Source of the DNA: Bigelowiella natans CCMP2755
Taxonomy: Eukaryota; Protista; Cercozoa
Length of the DNA stretch: 36,925 bases
Direction: 5' to 3'
Assembly (NCBI GenBank): GCA_000320545.1
Contig: ADNK01000303.1
Location: 1 to 36,925 of the forward strand
Shown: in pieces, positions 1-11,011 of the stretch
How positions within the stretch are numbered: the first letter of the stretch is position 1
How the letters are laid out: the number at the start of each line of letters is the position of its first letter
Notes under the pieces: generated by a model
Databases searched by the model: none
Seen by the model: only the letters and a program-made list of their open reading frames with translations
Told to the model about the DNA's origin: nothing
Translations under genes and position numbers: made by a program

Positions 1-171
1 AGGAGGGGAATATGGAAAAGAGTTGGGTAATGGGTAAAAATCTTTGGGGGGTTGGGGGGGGGGAGATGGGAAGAGGGGGGGTGGCGAGCCAATATGCTCC
101 TTCAAGCGATATTGATATTTTCCTCTCTGACATGATCACATGCATCATGCATGTCGTAAAGCTCTCACCAG

Positions 172-393
172 GCACAACAGCATCATCACCCACCCTCGCA
201 CACAGGCCTTAATGACGACCTTGGCGTGCGGGTGTCTGGCAACGTTTCGGACGTTAACTTCAGCATATCTGTGGGCAATGATGACCTAGTCGTTGATGTG
301 AATTGGCGAGACTCGCAGTCCAACATCGATCCTTCTGGTGATTGATTCCGTCTTATCCGCTACTATATGCTGCAGCAGTCTCAGTAGTCAGAG

Positions 394-426
<33 letters not shown>

Positions 427-752
427 GGTAGTATAAGTAGGAAAGGTAGTAGATGACAGAGAAGATGTTAATTGCATGCTGTATTTCTAATCGTCCTCGT
501 CACCCGCATCTGCTCTGCTGCTACCTTTGAACGAACTCACATCTCATTGTCATCTTCATCATGCATGATCGTTGCCATCTTCATCGTCGTCGTTGTTGTC
601 GCAGCTCTATCGAAGGACGCCAAAAAGGCTATTTTAAGGCTGATGAAGGGTGTGAAGGAAGCCGTGTCTGTCTGGTGTGTAAGCAAGACACGCGACGGCG
701 TCATCATGCTTATGATCTCCCTCCTCCCCCCCCGCTTTTCTCTTTCTCTTCA

Positions 753-808
<56 letters not shown>

Positions 809-2380
809 GCTATGGGCTTAATAGTCGCCTTCTCGATCTTGTTATCACACACATCATATCATCCGCCCCCCTCCTTCCCCATCCCCTCCCCCTCCTCCTC
901 CTCCCCTCCTCCAAACCTGGTATACTTCCTGATGATGTACTATATGCGCCTCAGGTACAACGTTACCGGCGACCAGACGTGCCTCGATTTCACTTCGCAG
1001 CAGCTGCAGCAGCAACAACAACAACAACAGCATCAGCAAAAGAAGGAGAGGAAGAAAGGGAGGTCGATCCGACACCATCTACTCATCGCTGAGAAGACCC
1101 GTATGCTTACCCACCCTAAGAGGAGGGGGGGGGGCAGCCCTCGCGGTGTCGAGGAGGGCAACGACGACATGATTCGTAGCAGCGATAGTAATAATGTTGG
1201 GTTCTTCACGAATAGCGTGCTTGGAGGAGGGGGAGATTCTTCCAGCAATACATGCTCTATCACAGGTGAGTTTATATCATATATTTAAATTGTATTCGTA
1301 CGACTATCAGTGATGATGCGAGAAGCGTATGTCACCCTTCTCCCCCCCCACACCCTCTCCTACTCTTTCTTCTTGGTGATGGTGGTGGATAAAATTGATC
1401 TCGTAAAATATCGACGACACACACCCACTATTCCTTTAGCTGATGATTACTCGTTCGGCTGCTGGGAGGGCGTTTGCTGCAACGAAAACCTCAATTTGGT
1501 ACTTCTTCTTCTTCTTCTTCTTCTTCCTCCTCCTCCTCCTCCTCCAAATAGTAATGATGATGATGATGATGATGATGATGATGGTGATGGCGATAATGAT
1601 GTTGACCCACCAAGTCCATCGATGCTCTCATCCGATATCGATTGCCAATTTGCGACGATTTGGGGACACCCAGTTCTATATCCTCCTCTTCCTCCTCTTC
1701 CTCCTCCTCCTTCTCTTATTCTTCTTCCTCCCCAACCCCCCCCTCCCCCCCTCTAGGTTAACACCATCTCCCAAGGACTAGGAGCGGATTTGCTGTATTG
1801 GCCGCCCTCCTCCCCCTTTAGGAAGACAGCGCGCGACCTCCCCTCGCTCATCGGGCCTCGGTTTGCTCAGGGCCCTGGATGTGAGGGGGGTTACTTCAAG
1901 CCCAAGGGCCTGTTCGGTGTGCCTAAGAATAGCGACAGCTGGAGCGAATGGCTGACAACGTCACATTATACACACACACACACACACACACATATATTAT
2001 ATATATTATGCAAGTGCTGCTGCTGCTGCTGCTAATGATGATGACGATGATGATGATGATGATGATGATGATCGCCATCACGACGGCTACGAGTGGGAAA
2101 GAAAGATTGGGAAGAAGAAGAAGAAGAAGAAGAAGCAGAGACAAGAGAGAATAGAAACGAGAAGAAATCTGGTAGCTGCAGCCAGCATTCGAAGCTTCCC
2201 TTACCGGCCCCACCCCCCTTTATTTGTTTGGCCTGGTAGGTACTACGGCGATAAGAGGCGCGTGGTTGGTAAGTCGGCCGCGAGCAATATCGTGTTCTCC
2301 AACGGCATGCTTGATCCGTGGAGCAGTGCTGGCGTGTATGCAGGAGGTCGCCCCCCCAAAACCTACGACTCTGGGGCCAC

Positions 2381-2419
<39 letters not shown>

Positions 2420-3000
2420 TTATTTATTTATATGGATGCTACGTGTGATAGTGCGACAGTAGAAATCATTGCCACTAGTATTATCTCTATTATTATTATT
2501 ATTATCATTGTAGCTGTTAGCAGTAGAGAGAGCAGTAGGTAGGCGAGGCTCATAGAAGGACCCGACACGGCTGCTGGTGTTGCACTGTTGTTTGAGAATG
2601 AGAGCCCGCCTCCCTCTTTGCGCAACTATAAAATGAAACCAGCTAATACACATATGTGTGTGTGTGTTTCTTGCTCCCCTCTTCTTCTTCTCCTTCTTTT
2701 TCGTCTTGTTTTTGCTTTTCTTTGCCTTTTTTCTTTCTAGATTCAGAATCTGACGGAGGATGGAAGTAGCATTGCATTGGTAAGGCATGCTTTCTCTACT
2801 ACTGGCATTTTTGTCGCAACCCCCCCCCTCTATGATTAATGATTAGTTATCGCTACCCACCTATCTACGAACCACGATGCTGTTACGCATGATGTTACTG
2901 AGCTCCTGCACGTCTGTCTCCGCAGTTGCTTGACCTCGGAGCTCATCATCTGGACCTTTTCTTCTCCACTGACAAGGATCCAGAGGTGAGCGACTGTGCG

Positions 3001-3041
<41 letters not shown>

Positions 3042-3399
3042 GCCGCTGCTGCTGCTGCTGCTATGCGTCATCATGAACTGGGATGGTGGGGGGGGGCGGG
3101 GGGGAGGCGGCGCCAGGAAAAGTAACACCTGGGAATAGATAAAGATATATAGTATGTATTCAACGTTAAACCCTACATTAATTACTTGTAGCGGGGGGGG
3201 GGGGGGGGGGGGGGGCAACAATTTGTGGGACGCTTCTATGCTATCGGGTTCATCCTTCACTAGTCGCCGTTTTTTACGGTGTCATTGTCGCCGTAATGAT
3301 AATTTGTGTGCATGTGCAAAGTGTGCCAAGGAGGCGCGGTTGGTCGAGGAGAAGTACATTCAACGTTGGATTGTGGAGCATCGCACCGAGAGCAGCTAG
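172..3399 (+). CDS. PRCP: Serine carboxypeptidase S28 / lysosomal Pro-X carboxypeptidase-like, 5'-partial, multi-exon
   Basis: Phase-consistent GT-AG exons ~172-337, 605-674, 955-1265, 1440-1498, 1757-1959, 2240-2381, 2741-2779, 2926-2985, 3322-3399. Spliced product has AVSVWYNVTGDQTCLD, WEGVCCNE, SNIVFSNGMLDPWSSAGV (catalytic Asp region) and LLDLGAHHLDLFF (catalytic His), ending EARLVEEKYIQRWIVEHRTESS*. The nucleophile Ser lies upstream of the window. Confidence 0.9.
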
Positions 3400-3559
3400 T
3401 AGCTTGGAGAGAAGAATAATTACGATCTCTCTCGAGGCGTCGATGAGTCAGGACGGCCACATGCAGTTCAGAGGAGCAATATACTTGCTATGCAATTCGA
3501 TCGATTTCAAGCCATCCTATGCGAGCACTGTTTTTATGTGCAACATATCTAGATATATG

Positions 3560-4400
3560 ACGCATGCATGGTGTAAATAGTTGGTGTTCTACTCGCCGAT
3601 CAACGTACACTAGCTATAGCTAACCTGGCGTGTACAGTCCCGCAGCGGAGTATGATGATCGCCACATTCTAGACATTGAATGACACGTATATAAGCTAGT
3701 AAGCTATCTAGCTATGTACACGGCGGCTCGCTCTAGCGCTGCTATAAAATGCACTGGCCCGACATAAGCACCGGCCGATCTGCGATCGACGTACGTAATC
3801 TCCAGCTAGCTAGCTATAGCGCAGTACGTAGCTAGCCAGGCTAGCAGGTCTAGCAATGCCCGGCGCTGCCATCGCTCAACGTACAGTAGTACATTTGCAG
3901 CATTGATGTATGTATACGCATGTACGTACAGGAGATGCACGGTGCCAATTTGCACATCATGCACACCGATCTTGTTAGTAGTTATGATGTGCTAGTACGT
4001 TGACATACGTTTGCCATTCCAGCATGCATGATGCACGTGCGACGCAAACACACACACAACTTGCATGACAGCCGCACATACATAGCATGGCTAGATGGCG
4101 AACATTCATGCTAGCATGCTAGCATGCTAGCATGCACAGTACGTCACCACAAACACACACGCGTCCACACATTTTACACTTGCACGTCGCGCGCGTTTAT
4201 TATGCGTGTGGATGCGCAGAGCTCATCGATGGTATGTAATGAGGGCAAGATCAGCATGCTTGGTTTATCACACGCCTAGCAGCAGATCCATGGCTGCTGT
4301 TGCGCACACATTTAACGTGCTGTTACACGTACTCAATGGGGTAAATGTAGCATGCACAAATCTTCCACATCGGAGCCGACAGCAAAGAGTGATCCAATTC
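3560..4400. repeat. Degenerate CTAG/TGCA/CATG-rich dispersed repeat block
   Basis: Dense GCTAGC, TGCA, CATG and GTAC; shares CAGGCTAGCAGGTC (3837), CGCTCTAGCGCTG (3729) and TAGCATGGCTAGATGGC (4083) with other blocks. Boundaries approximate. Confidence 0.65.
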
Positions 4401-4559
4401 AAAGTGATTCACAAAGAATGAGAGGGGCGAATGCTGTAAGAATAAGTCAAAGTTCTTTCTTGTTTAGTTAACTTTTTTATTTCCTGCGTGGAGAGACCGA
4501 CCTCTGGGCTCATAGAGCGCCTACGCTTCCTTCTTTTCGTTATTGATTCTGCATAGATT

Positions 4560-4661
4560 CAGGTTCATATCATCAAGCGCAACTGCGACGAGGATGTGAA
4601 TGACAGGTGTGTAGTGCTACTAAAGGAAGAGCTTTACCAGAAAGATAGCAATATGTTACAA

Positions 4662-4714
<53 letters not shown>

Positions 4715-5178
4715 GTCTGGATCTACGTACCGTTCAGCAAAGTCCGCGATGGTGTGCTTGAGTCCTTCCTTGAGAACGACCTTTGGAGTCCAGCCCTGCG
4801 AAGAGGGAGGAGGAAGAATAATGCGGTTAGAATAATACCACTATGTAATACCCGATTATGCTCTTATAAGAATAACGCGATTATGGTAATCATTTTGAAC
4901 AGATTCTACTTTAAGTCTCGCCTGAACACCCCCCCCCCACCACCCCTTTCCCCCCCTCCAGCCCTTCTGTCTTAATACCAAGTATTCTTTGCTTTGGTGA
5001 TATCAGGGCGGCGGCGCTTAGGGTCATCAGAAGGAAGCTCCTTGTAAACGAGCTGGAGGGGGGGAGGGGGGGGGGAAAATGCGGGGGTAAGCGGAATGAT
5101 GATGATGATGATGATGATGGTAATGATAATGATAGTCGTCGCGATGGTGTGACGAGTGCGGGAGGGACGGCTCGGCTA

Positions 5179-5223
<45 letters not shown>

Positions 5224-6002
5224 CTACTACTACAACGACTAGCACTACTTCTCTACCTTGGAGTTGTTCCCAACGATGGAGATGACCTCCTGCGCGAGCT
5301 CAAGGATCGTGTTCTCAGTGGGGTTCCCGATGTTGATGGGCCCGATGTTGTCGCCGTTCATGAGCCGAATGAGCCCATCCACCTGGTCGTCGATGAAGCA
5401 GAAACTCCGCGTCTGATCTCCCTTGCCGTACACGGTGATTGGCTTGCCCCTGAGTGTCATTTCGGAGCCGATAAAATAAATATATAAGAAGAAGAACAGG
5501 ACGGTGAGGATGGCCGACTCTAGTAGGAGAGGGGATACGAGGAATGAACGTGAGTGTACACATGTTAATCACTGTTGGGCAGAGGGGGGGGGGGGGGGGG
5601 GGGGGGATAGCAGTGAGGTGGGGTGACCTGAGTGCCTGGACGATGAAGTTGCTCACAACACGCCCGTCGTTCTCGAGCATGCGAGGTCCATAGGTGTTGA
5701 AGATACGTGCGATCCTTACCTCCACCTTGTGCTCACGGAAGTATTCCATGCATACTGAGAGGGGGGGAAGGAGGGGGGGACGAGGAGGGGCAAAAGGAGG
5801 GATGAAGGGCCTTGTTCGTCGTGACCACACGCAATAAACAGTAGATAGGAGTCTCTCCCATGATGTTGCTCAATGCCATCATCACTAATCAATAATAATA
5901 CGTTTGCCTCAAAGACACCAAGAAAGGCGAGAACACAGATGATGCCTCTCATCGTTACTCATGGTTGAAAAGATTGTGTTAAGCAGGAGCTTATAGTAGT
6001 AT

Positions 6003-6037
<35 letters not shown>

Positions 6038-7777
6038 CATGTCTCAGCGATCCTCTTGCCCTCGTCGTAGCACGAGCGAATACCGATGTTGTTGACATGG
6101 CCCCAGTACTCTTCCTTTTGTGGGTGCACCTCTGTCGTTACGAACAACATCATAAAGGAAGAATACACAGCGACACAACAGCAACAGCAAAGTATTTAAT
6201 ATATGATTTGAAGTTGTCCGTGATCATTCACATCGACGATATGATGGTGGTAAGGGACTGCATCCTATAGATATTAGAGCTTCAAGGAATCCCCTGCTGC
6301 TGCTACTACTGCTGCTGCTGCTCCTACTACTGCAACTCCTCCTACCATTGTTGTACAACACCGAACAATATTACCTGGGTCGCCGTACACCTCTGAAGTG
6401 GAAGTGATCAGGAATCGTGCCTTGCAGCGTTTCGCAAGCCCGAGCATGTTCATGGTGCCAAGCTGGAGTGTAGAATGGTGTTTACGTTTTAAAAGAAAAA
6501 CTATTTTTTTTGGCACATCGGCGGAGATACAATCCTCATGCCTAGCATCGTTTGCATAGGTTTCTGGATTATTCCAGCTCCCAGCTCGATGTTGATAAAA
6601 CAGTGGTGGGAAATAAATTGAAAACAATTCCTCCTCCTCCTCTACCACCACCACCACCACCACCACCACCACCACCATGTTTTTATATAAAACAAACTGC
6701 ACCAAGGGAAAGCGGCTAGTTGACTGTGACACTGACCACGTTGGTTTTGATGGTCTTGATGGGGTTGTTTTGATAGAAGACTGGCGAGGCAGGGCAGGCC
6801 AAGTGGTACACCTGTTGCGTATTGTTAGTAATAGTAGTTAAGGGTGGTGATCATCGTGTGGGTTTCTGATATACGTTCAGCCGATATTAACACCGAACAA
6901 TATTATTCACACACCACGTGGAGAACCCATAGGAAAACAAGTTTAATTCTCACCCATAGGAAAACAAGTTTAATTCTCATACACACAACACAGTAACATG
7001 GCCTGCAGCGCTTCTATCGTTCAGCTGCTACAACCTGGTCCACTTCCAAGAACAGGGGATTCACCACATCTGCGTACCACCGGTGATGACGCCGATGAAG
7101 AAGAAGAAAGCAGAGCCGCCCATACCAAATTACATAACATCAGAGGAGGAAAATAACAGAATAAGTATTCGAATCTTCCAGGTCCAGGTGATGCAGGAGG
7201 ATGAACCCCTTTGATTTCTCAAAAACAATCTACCGTGGCGAATAAATTCGAATCTAGGATTGGAGCAATGCTTGTAGATATTTGACTTGTTGCCCGAGAA
7301 ACAGTTGTCAACGCAGATGATCTCGTTCGCTTCGTCCTGGAGGAACACAACACACCCACTCATCATCAGCATAAATACTCATAGCTGCTGCGACGAAAAT
7401 TTCAACTTCGCATGGCCTCAGATATGACTGAACGGTTTACAACGTATATTTATGATGGGATTGTTTCCTAGCATGTGGATTTGTCGCTTGGAAAAGTTGC
7501 TCAAAGTTGCTCTGTCCCAGCAGTTGCGCATGGAAAGATGCAGGCCCTCAAATTCAGAGCACGTCGTTATTAAGCTGGAAGTCAAATAATTCGAAACCTT
7601 CATAAGGCGATCGATGAGATGGGAACCGATGAAGCCCGCGCCTCCAGTGACCAGGATACGACGCACGGAGCGCTTGATCGACCCTTTGTTAAACACGAGC
7701 CTTTGGCCAATTGGCGTTTGGGGTGTTGATCCATTCTTTCCCTCGTCCTCTGGTTTGCTTTGTGCAGTGCTGCTCAT
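4560..7777 (-). CDS. UXS1: UDP-glucuronic acid decarboxylase (UDP-xylose synthase), multi-exon
   Basis: Exons 7777-7598, 7336-7234, 7069-7035, 6811-6737, 6462-6375, 6131-6039, 5754-5628, 5449-5257, 5052-4979, ~4795-4729. Motifs [47 protein letters not shown] (YxxxK), [24 protein letters not shown]. The last exon and stop are not resolved (3' coordinate approximate); apparent 1-nt frameshift near 4985. Confidence 0.93.
6926..6979. repeat. Perfect 27-bp tandem duplication in UXS intron 3
   Basis: CCCATAGGAAAACAAGTTTAATTCTCA at 6926 and 6953. Confidence 0.95.
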
Positions 7778-8533
7778 AATGTGTTCTGTCCGAAACGCAA
7801 GGCTTAGTCGTGAACCACAGCTGAAAAGTTATTGGGGAGAGGGGGTACGTACCTGCTGATTCCTCAATCAGCCTTCTGATCTTTTTTGAAAAGTAGTGCG
7901 AATTCCCTTTAAAAACGCTCCATTTAACGCTGTTGTTGGACCAAACATAAGAGATAAAGCAGGAGGCGGAAAAACAGCAGTCACAAAGTGACGAAGATTG
8001 TGAGAATAGGAGCTTGCTACTCTCCTCGGAATCTAAATGTTTGAAAAGCAATGCTTTTTTTCAATGTTTTATGTGTTACATGACTTATTTGATAAGTTTC
8101 CCGAAGACTTTTGTATTCTCTATCTGCTGGATGCGCTTCACTTGTACCCGAAAGCTTGCGAATGGAGTATTTGTCCTTATTACCCGTCACTGTCGGTAAC
8201 TTACGGACTATTTAGGCGCCTAGTCGTTCAGTGGAAAATGCCCTAACACGACCTGTGTTATGAGAACTACGCCATTGAATTTCCAATATCCTGGCCTTCC
8301 CGATTTTTTAACGGAGGCGGTACTGATCCGATTTTGGGAAATAAATAGATATTTTATTTGTCTTAGATTAATTATCCCAGGGAATGAGGCATTTCGAGCC
8401 CGTTTTGGAAAAATTAACGGGGCGAACTGTTGAGAACAAGTCGGTCTGTCTAGCTGTCGCCCTCCGCACCTCCGGACGTAATCTCAATCCCGCCCTCCTG
8501 GCCCTCTCTTCCGGTCGCCGGTCCCCAGATCAC
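7778..8533. promoter_or_regulatory. Putative bidirectional promoter region, UXS1 / NTF2
   Basis: Head-to-head start codons about 0.76 kb apart; microsatellite-free. No specific motif identified. Confidence 0.4.
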
Positions 8534-8554
8534 ATGCCGGCTGCTCAACTTGGG

Positions 8555-9235
8555 ATGACCGCGAGACGTACGCGGTCACTGCTGGGCCCCGGCCTTCTAA
8601 TTTTGGCTGCGTGCTACCTCACGATTCGATCCATCTCTCGGTACAATGCGCCAAGTAATTACTTTCTGGGTTCGTTACCTGCAGCTGCTGCTAGCTCTGT
8701 TGATGTAAAGGAAGCCGGGTATGGAACAATGGGTAATGAAGTTAGGATATCTAAATTGCCCGGGATTTCTCTATCGCAAATAGTGGGGAGGAGGCCATAC
8801 GGACGAAGCACGGTTTCCCATCTACGGGGGGGCTCTTCGTCGATGAGTGGGCAAAGCAATGAGATGGTGGCAAAACAATTTGTCGATTTCTATTACCAGA
8901 CTTTCGACACAAATCGTGCGGGCCTGACCCAACTTTACACTGAAACGTCAATGCTAACATTCGAAGGGGTTCAAATTCAAGGGCCTCAGGCTATCCAGGA
9001 AAAGCTAACTTCGTTAGCGTTCAAAACGGTGAAACATAGCATTGTTACGATGGATGTTCAGCCTGCTAGCGCTTCTGGGGGACAAGGCATCCTTGTTTTT
9101 GTGTGCGGCGATCTGATCGTTGATGGTGGCCCGCAAACGCTGAAGTTCAGTCAGGTTTTCCAGCTTATGCCACATCCTCAGGTCGCAGGGTCCTGGTTCG
9201 TTCAAAATGACATTTTCCGATTGAACTACGGATAA
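8555..9235 (+). CDS. NTF2: Nuclear transport factor 2 with N-terminal signal/transit-like leader, intronless
   Basis: Single ORF. From Met 8843 the core reads MSGQSNEMVAKQFVDFYYQTFD...LTFEG...KFSQVFQL...WFVQNDIFRLNYG*, a typical NTF2. Upstream in frame: hydrophobic LLGPGLLILAACYLTI, a basic/Ser-rich spacer and LRGG (8822-8833). The start could be 8534 or 8555. Confidence 0.9.
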   Translation: MTARRTRSLLGPGLLILAACYLTIRSISRYNAPSNYFLGSLPAAAASSVDVKEAGYGTMGNEVRISKLPGISLSQIVGRRPYGRSTVSHLRGGSSSMSGQSNEMVAKQFVDFYYQTFDTNRAGLTQLYTETSMLTFEGVQIQGPQAIQEKLTSLAFKTVKHSIVTMDVQPASASGGQGILVFVCGDLIVDGGPQTLKFSQVFQLMPHPQVAGSWFVQNDIFRLNYG

Positions 9236-9539
9236 GTTAACGTTCTCCCTGCTCATAAGATATCCCACGAATGGCTATTATGTTGATGTGGCTCAATGAA
9301 GAGCTTAAGTTTGCACTTTGAAGCTCTCCGAAGTGAAATAACGTGAGAGGCGTACAGAACGGCAATACGGGGCATGTTTCCTATTTTGATGGGCTGTAAA
9401 TCTTATTATTTTATAAGCCAGAACGCTGCAACACCAGCCCCTTCATTAATACTGTTTCACTCTAAAGAATTTGTAATATTAGCATCCAGTGTCAGGTGAA
9501 TACAGATTTAAAAACTTTACCAGAGAGCCCACTGCGTAC

Positions 9540-10530
9540 ACGTTTGAAAATGATGCACTTCATTTGTCACTCTTGCATTGTTTGCTCAATGTTGCATAGC
9601 AATTTCATACTTAAGACAAGAGCATGAGGACATCTTACGATGCGGCACACATGCATCAGCAAACATCGGACGCATTGCATACACTAGTGCAGCACATCTG
9701 CGACATACATCTATGTACACTGCCAGACTGCTCACTTGTTTGAATCAACGAGCAGGAATTTGGACATAGATATGATGAAAATAAGCCCATTGCACTTTCC
9801 CAAATGAAACACTACGCAGGCAACCAAGGTGCGTGTGCAGTTCTTCGTGGTCGATGTGCATGCACTAGTGCAATCAATCAAAGGCAGAAGCTTGAGGTTG
9901 GCTAGTTGGGTCGATGTTGCTGGCTTGTGACAGCGACAGGGGAACAATGAGTAAACTTGTGACGTGCACATGGCTAGAGGGATCGGAAGACCTCTAGACC
10001 TGTGCACACATTGCGTGCTTGTGCGCTCTAGCGCTGAATCTCTTCACATCGGTGACTAGAGTGCGATTTGTCCAGGTCTGTAAGTTGTTTGCACGCACAC
10101 ACGTGGCATGCGTGTTGTCTGGGGTGTTCGCATTTTTGCACGAGGTGCGTGGCACGATGCATGATCAGCACTCGTGTGATCGCGTGTGCACCGCTAGACC
10201 GATGCACCGCCAACACATGCAAAGCTGGATGCTCACGCGAAGCACTGACAGAGTGAACAGCAGCAGCAATGCGAACAGGCTAGCAGGTCAAGACATCGGC
10301 CGGCGATGAACACAGAGACGTTGCACATCGAAACACACTCGTTCCAGCATTGTCCACCGCAACCACTCTGCACTTCACACTGCTAGACTGTGGTGGTCTG
10401 GTGGTCACTGAGCACGCAAACTGAAAGCTGAACGTTGGTGTGATTGGAATAGCTAGACAGATGTTCACGTGCAGCCATCTGGCTAGCTGGGTGTTGCATT
10501 GGAACAGCCCATCTTGGCACAATCGATGAA
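9540..10530. repeat. Degenerate CTAG/TGCA-rich dispersed repeat block
   Basis: Shares CAGGCTAGCAGGTC (10276), CGCTCTAGCGCTG (10024) and CTGGCTAGCTGG (10479) with other blocks. Boundaries approximate. Confidence 0.65.
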
Positions 10531-11011
10531 TCAATGATGATTGAACGAAGACTTTTCAATTTTCAAGATGCCTCAAAGTTCAAGGCACAAGATTTGTCTC
10601 AAGCAAACATCGTTGGCAGTGATGCAGTGATTGCTGGCGTTCTGGAGTTCTCACTTGTTCCCCGGGACCTCCAGCGTGTCGCGCTGTCATCGGCGCGCTC
10701 GTTCCGCAATGTGAAAACATCAAAAACGTGCACAAACAAACTTGTCGAGCCTCGGAAAGTTCCCTTTTCGCTCTGCGACATCCCATCGGAGCCCGAGCCT
10801 CGATGAATGTGCCCGGCTTGTTGAACGCGGAGTTTGTCCGCCATCACGAACGGCGCTGCCCGCTCAAAGGCAGAGATCGCACACGTTTTTGGATGATTTC
10901 TCCGTTTTTAGCATGTCGCGGAACGTGTTTCACCGCCAACCCATTTGCGTTGGTGCTGCTGCTCAGTATTCCTCCCGTTCCTCCCGTTGCCAAATTCCTG
11001 ATTCTACGACG

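Noticed and set aside
472-1092. 206-aa ORF and similar poly-LS, poly-YI, poly-V, poly-HT ORFs across the window
   Set aside because: Read-through of intronic microsatellites; only short exon portions are real.
3560-4400. Intact transposon or MITE call for the CTAG-rich blocks
   Set aside because: No transposase or RT ORF, terminal inverted repeats or target-site duplications could be identified by eye.
4979-4995. Programmed -1 ribosomal frameshift in UXS1
   Set aside because: No X XXY YYZ slippery heptamer or evident downstream structure; an indel is simpler.
8384-8533. First 50 codons of the 283-aa NTF2 ORF
   Set aside because: Begins at an upstream ATG in promoter-like sequence; the hydrophobic leader only makes sense from Met 8534 or 8555.
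10534-11011. Overlapping ORFs upstream of the flavoprotein
   Set aside because: No recognisable motif; several frames are open on both strands in a GC-richer promoter/UTR-like region.
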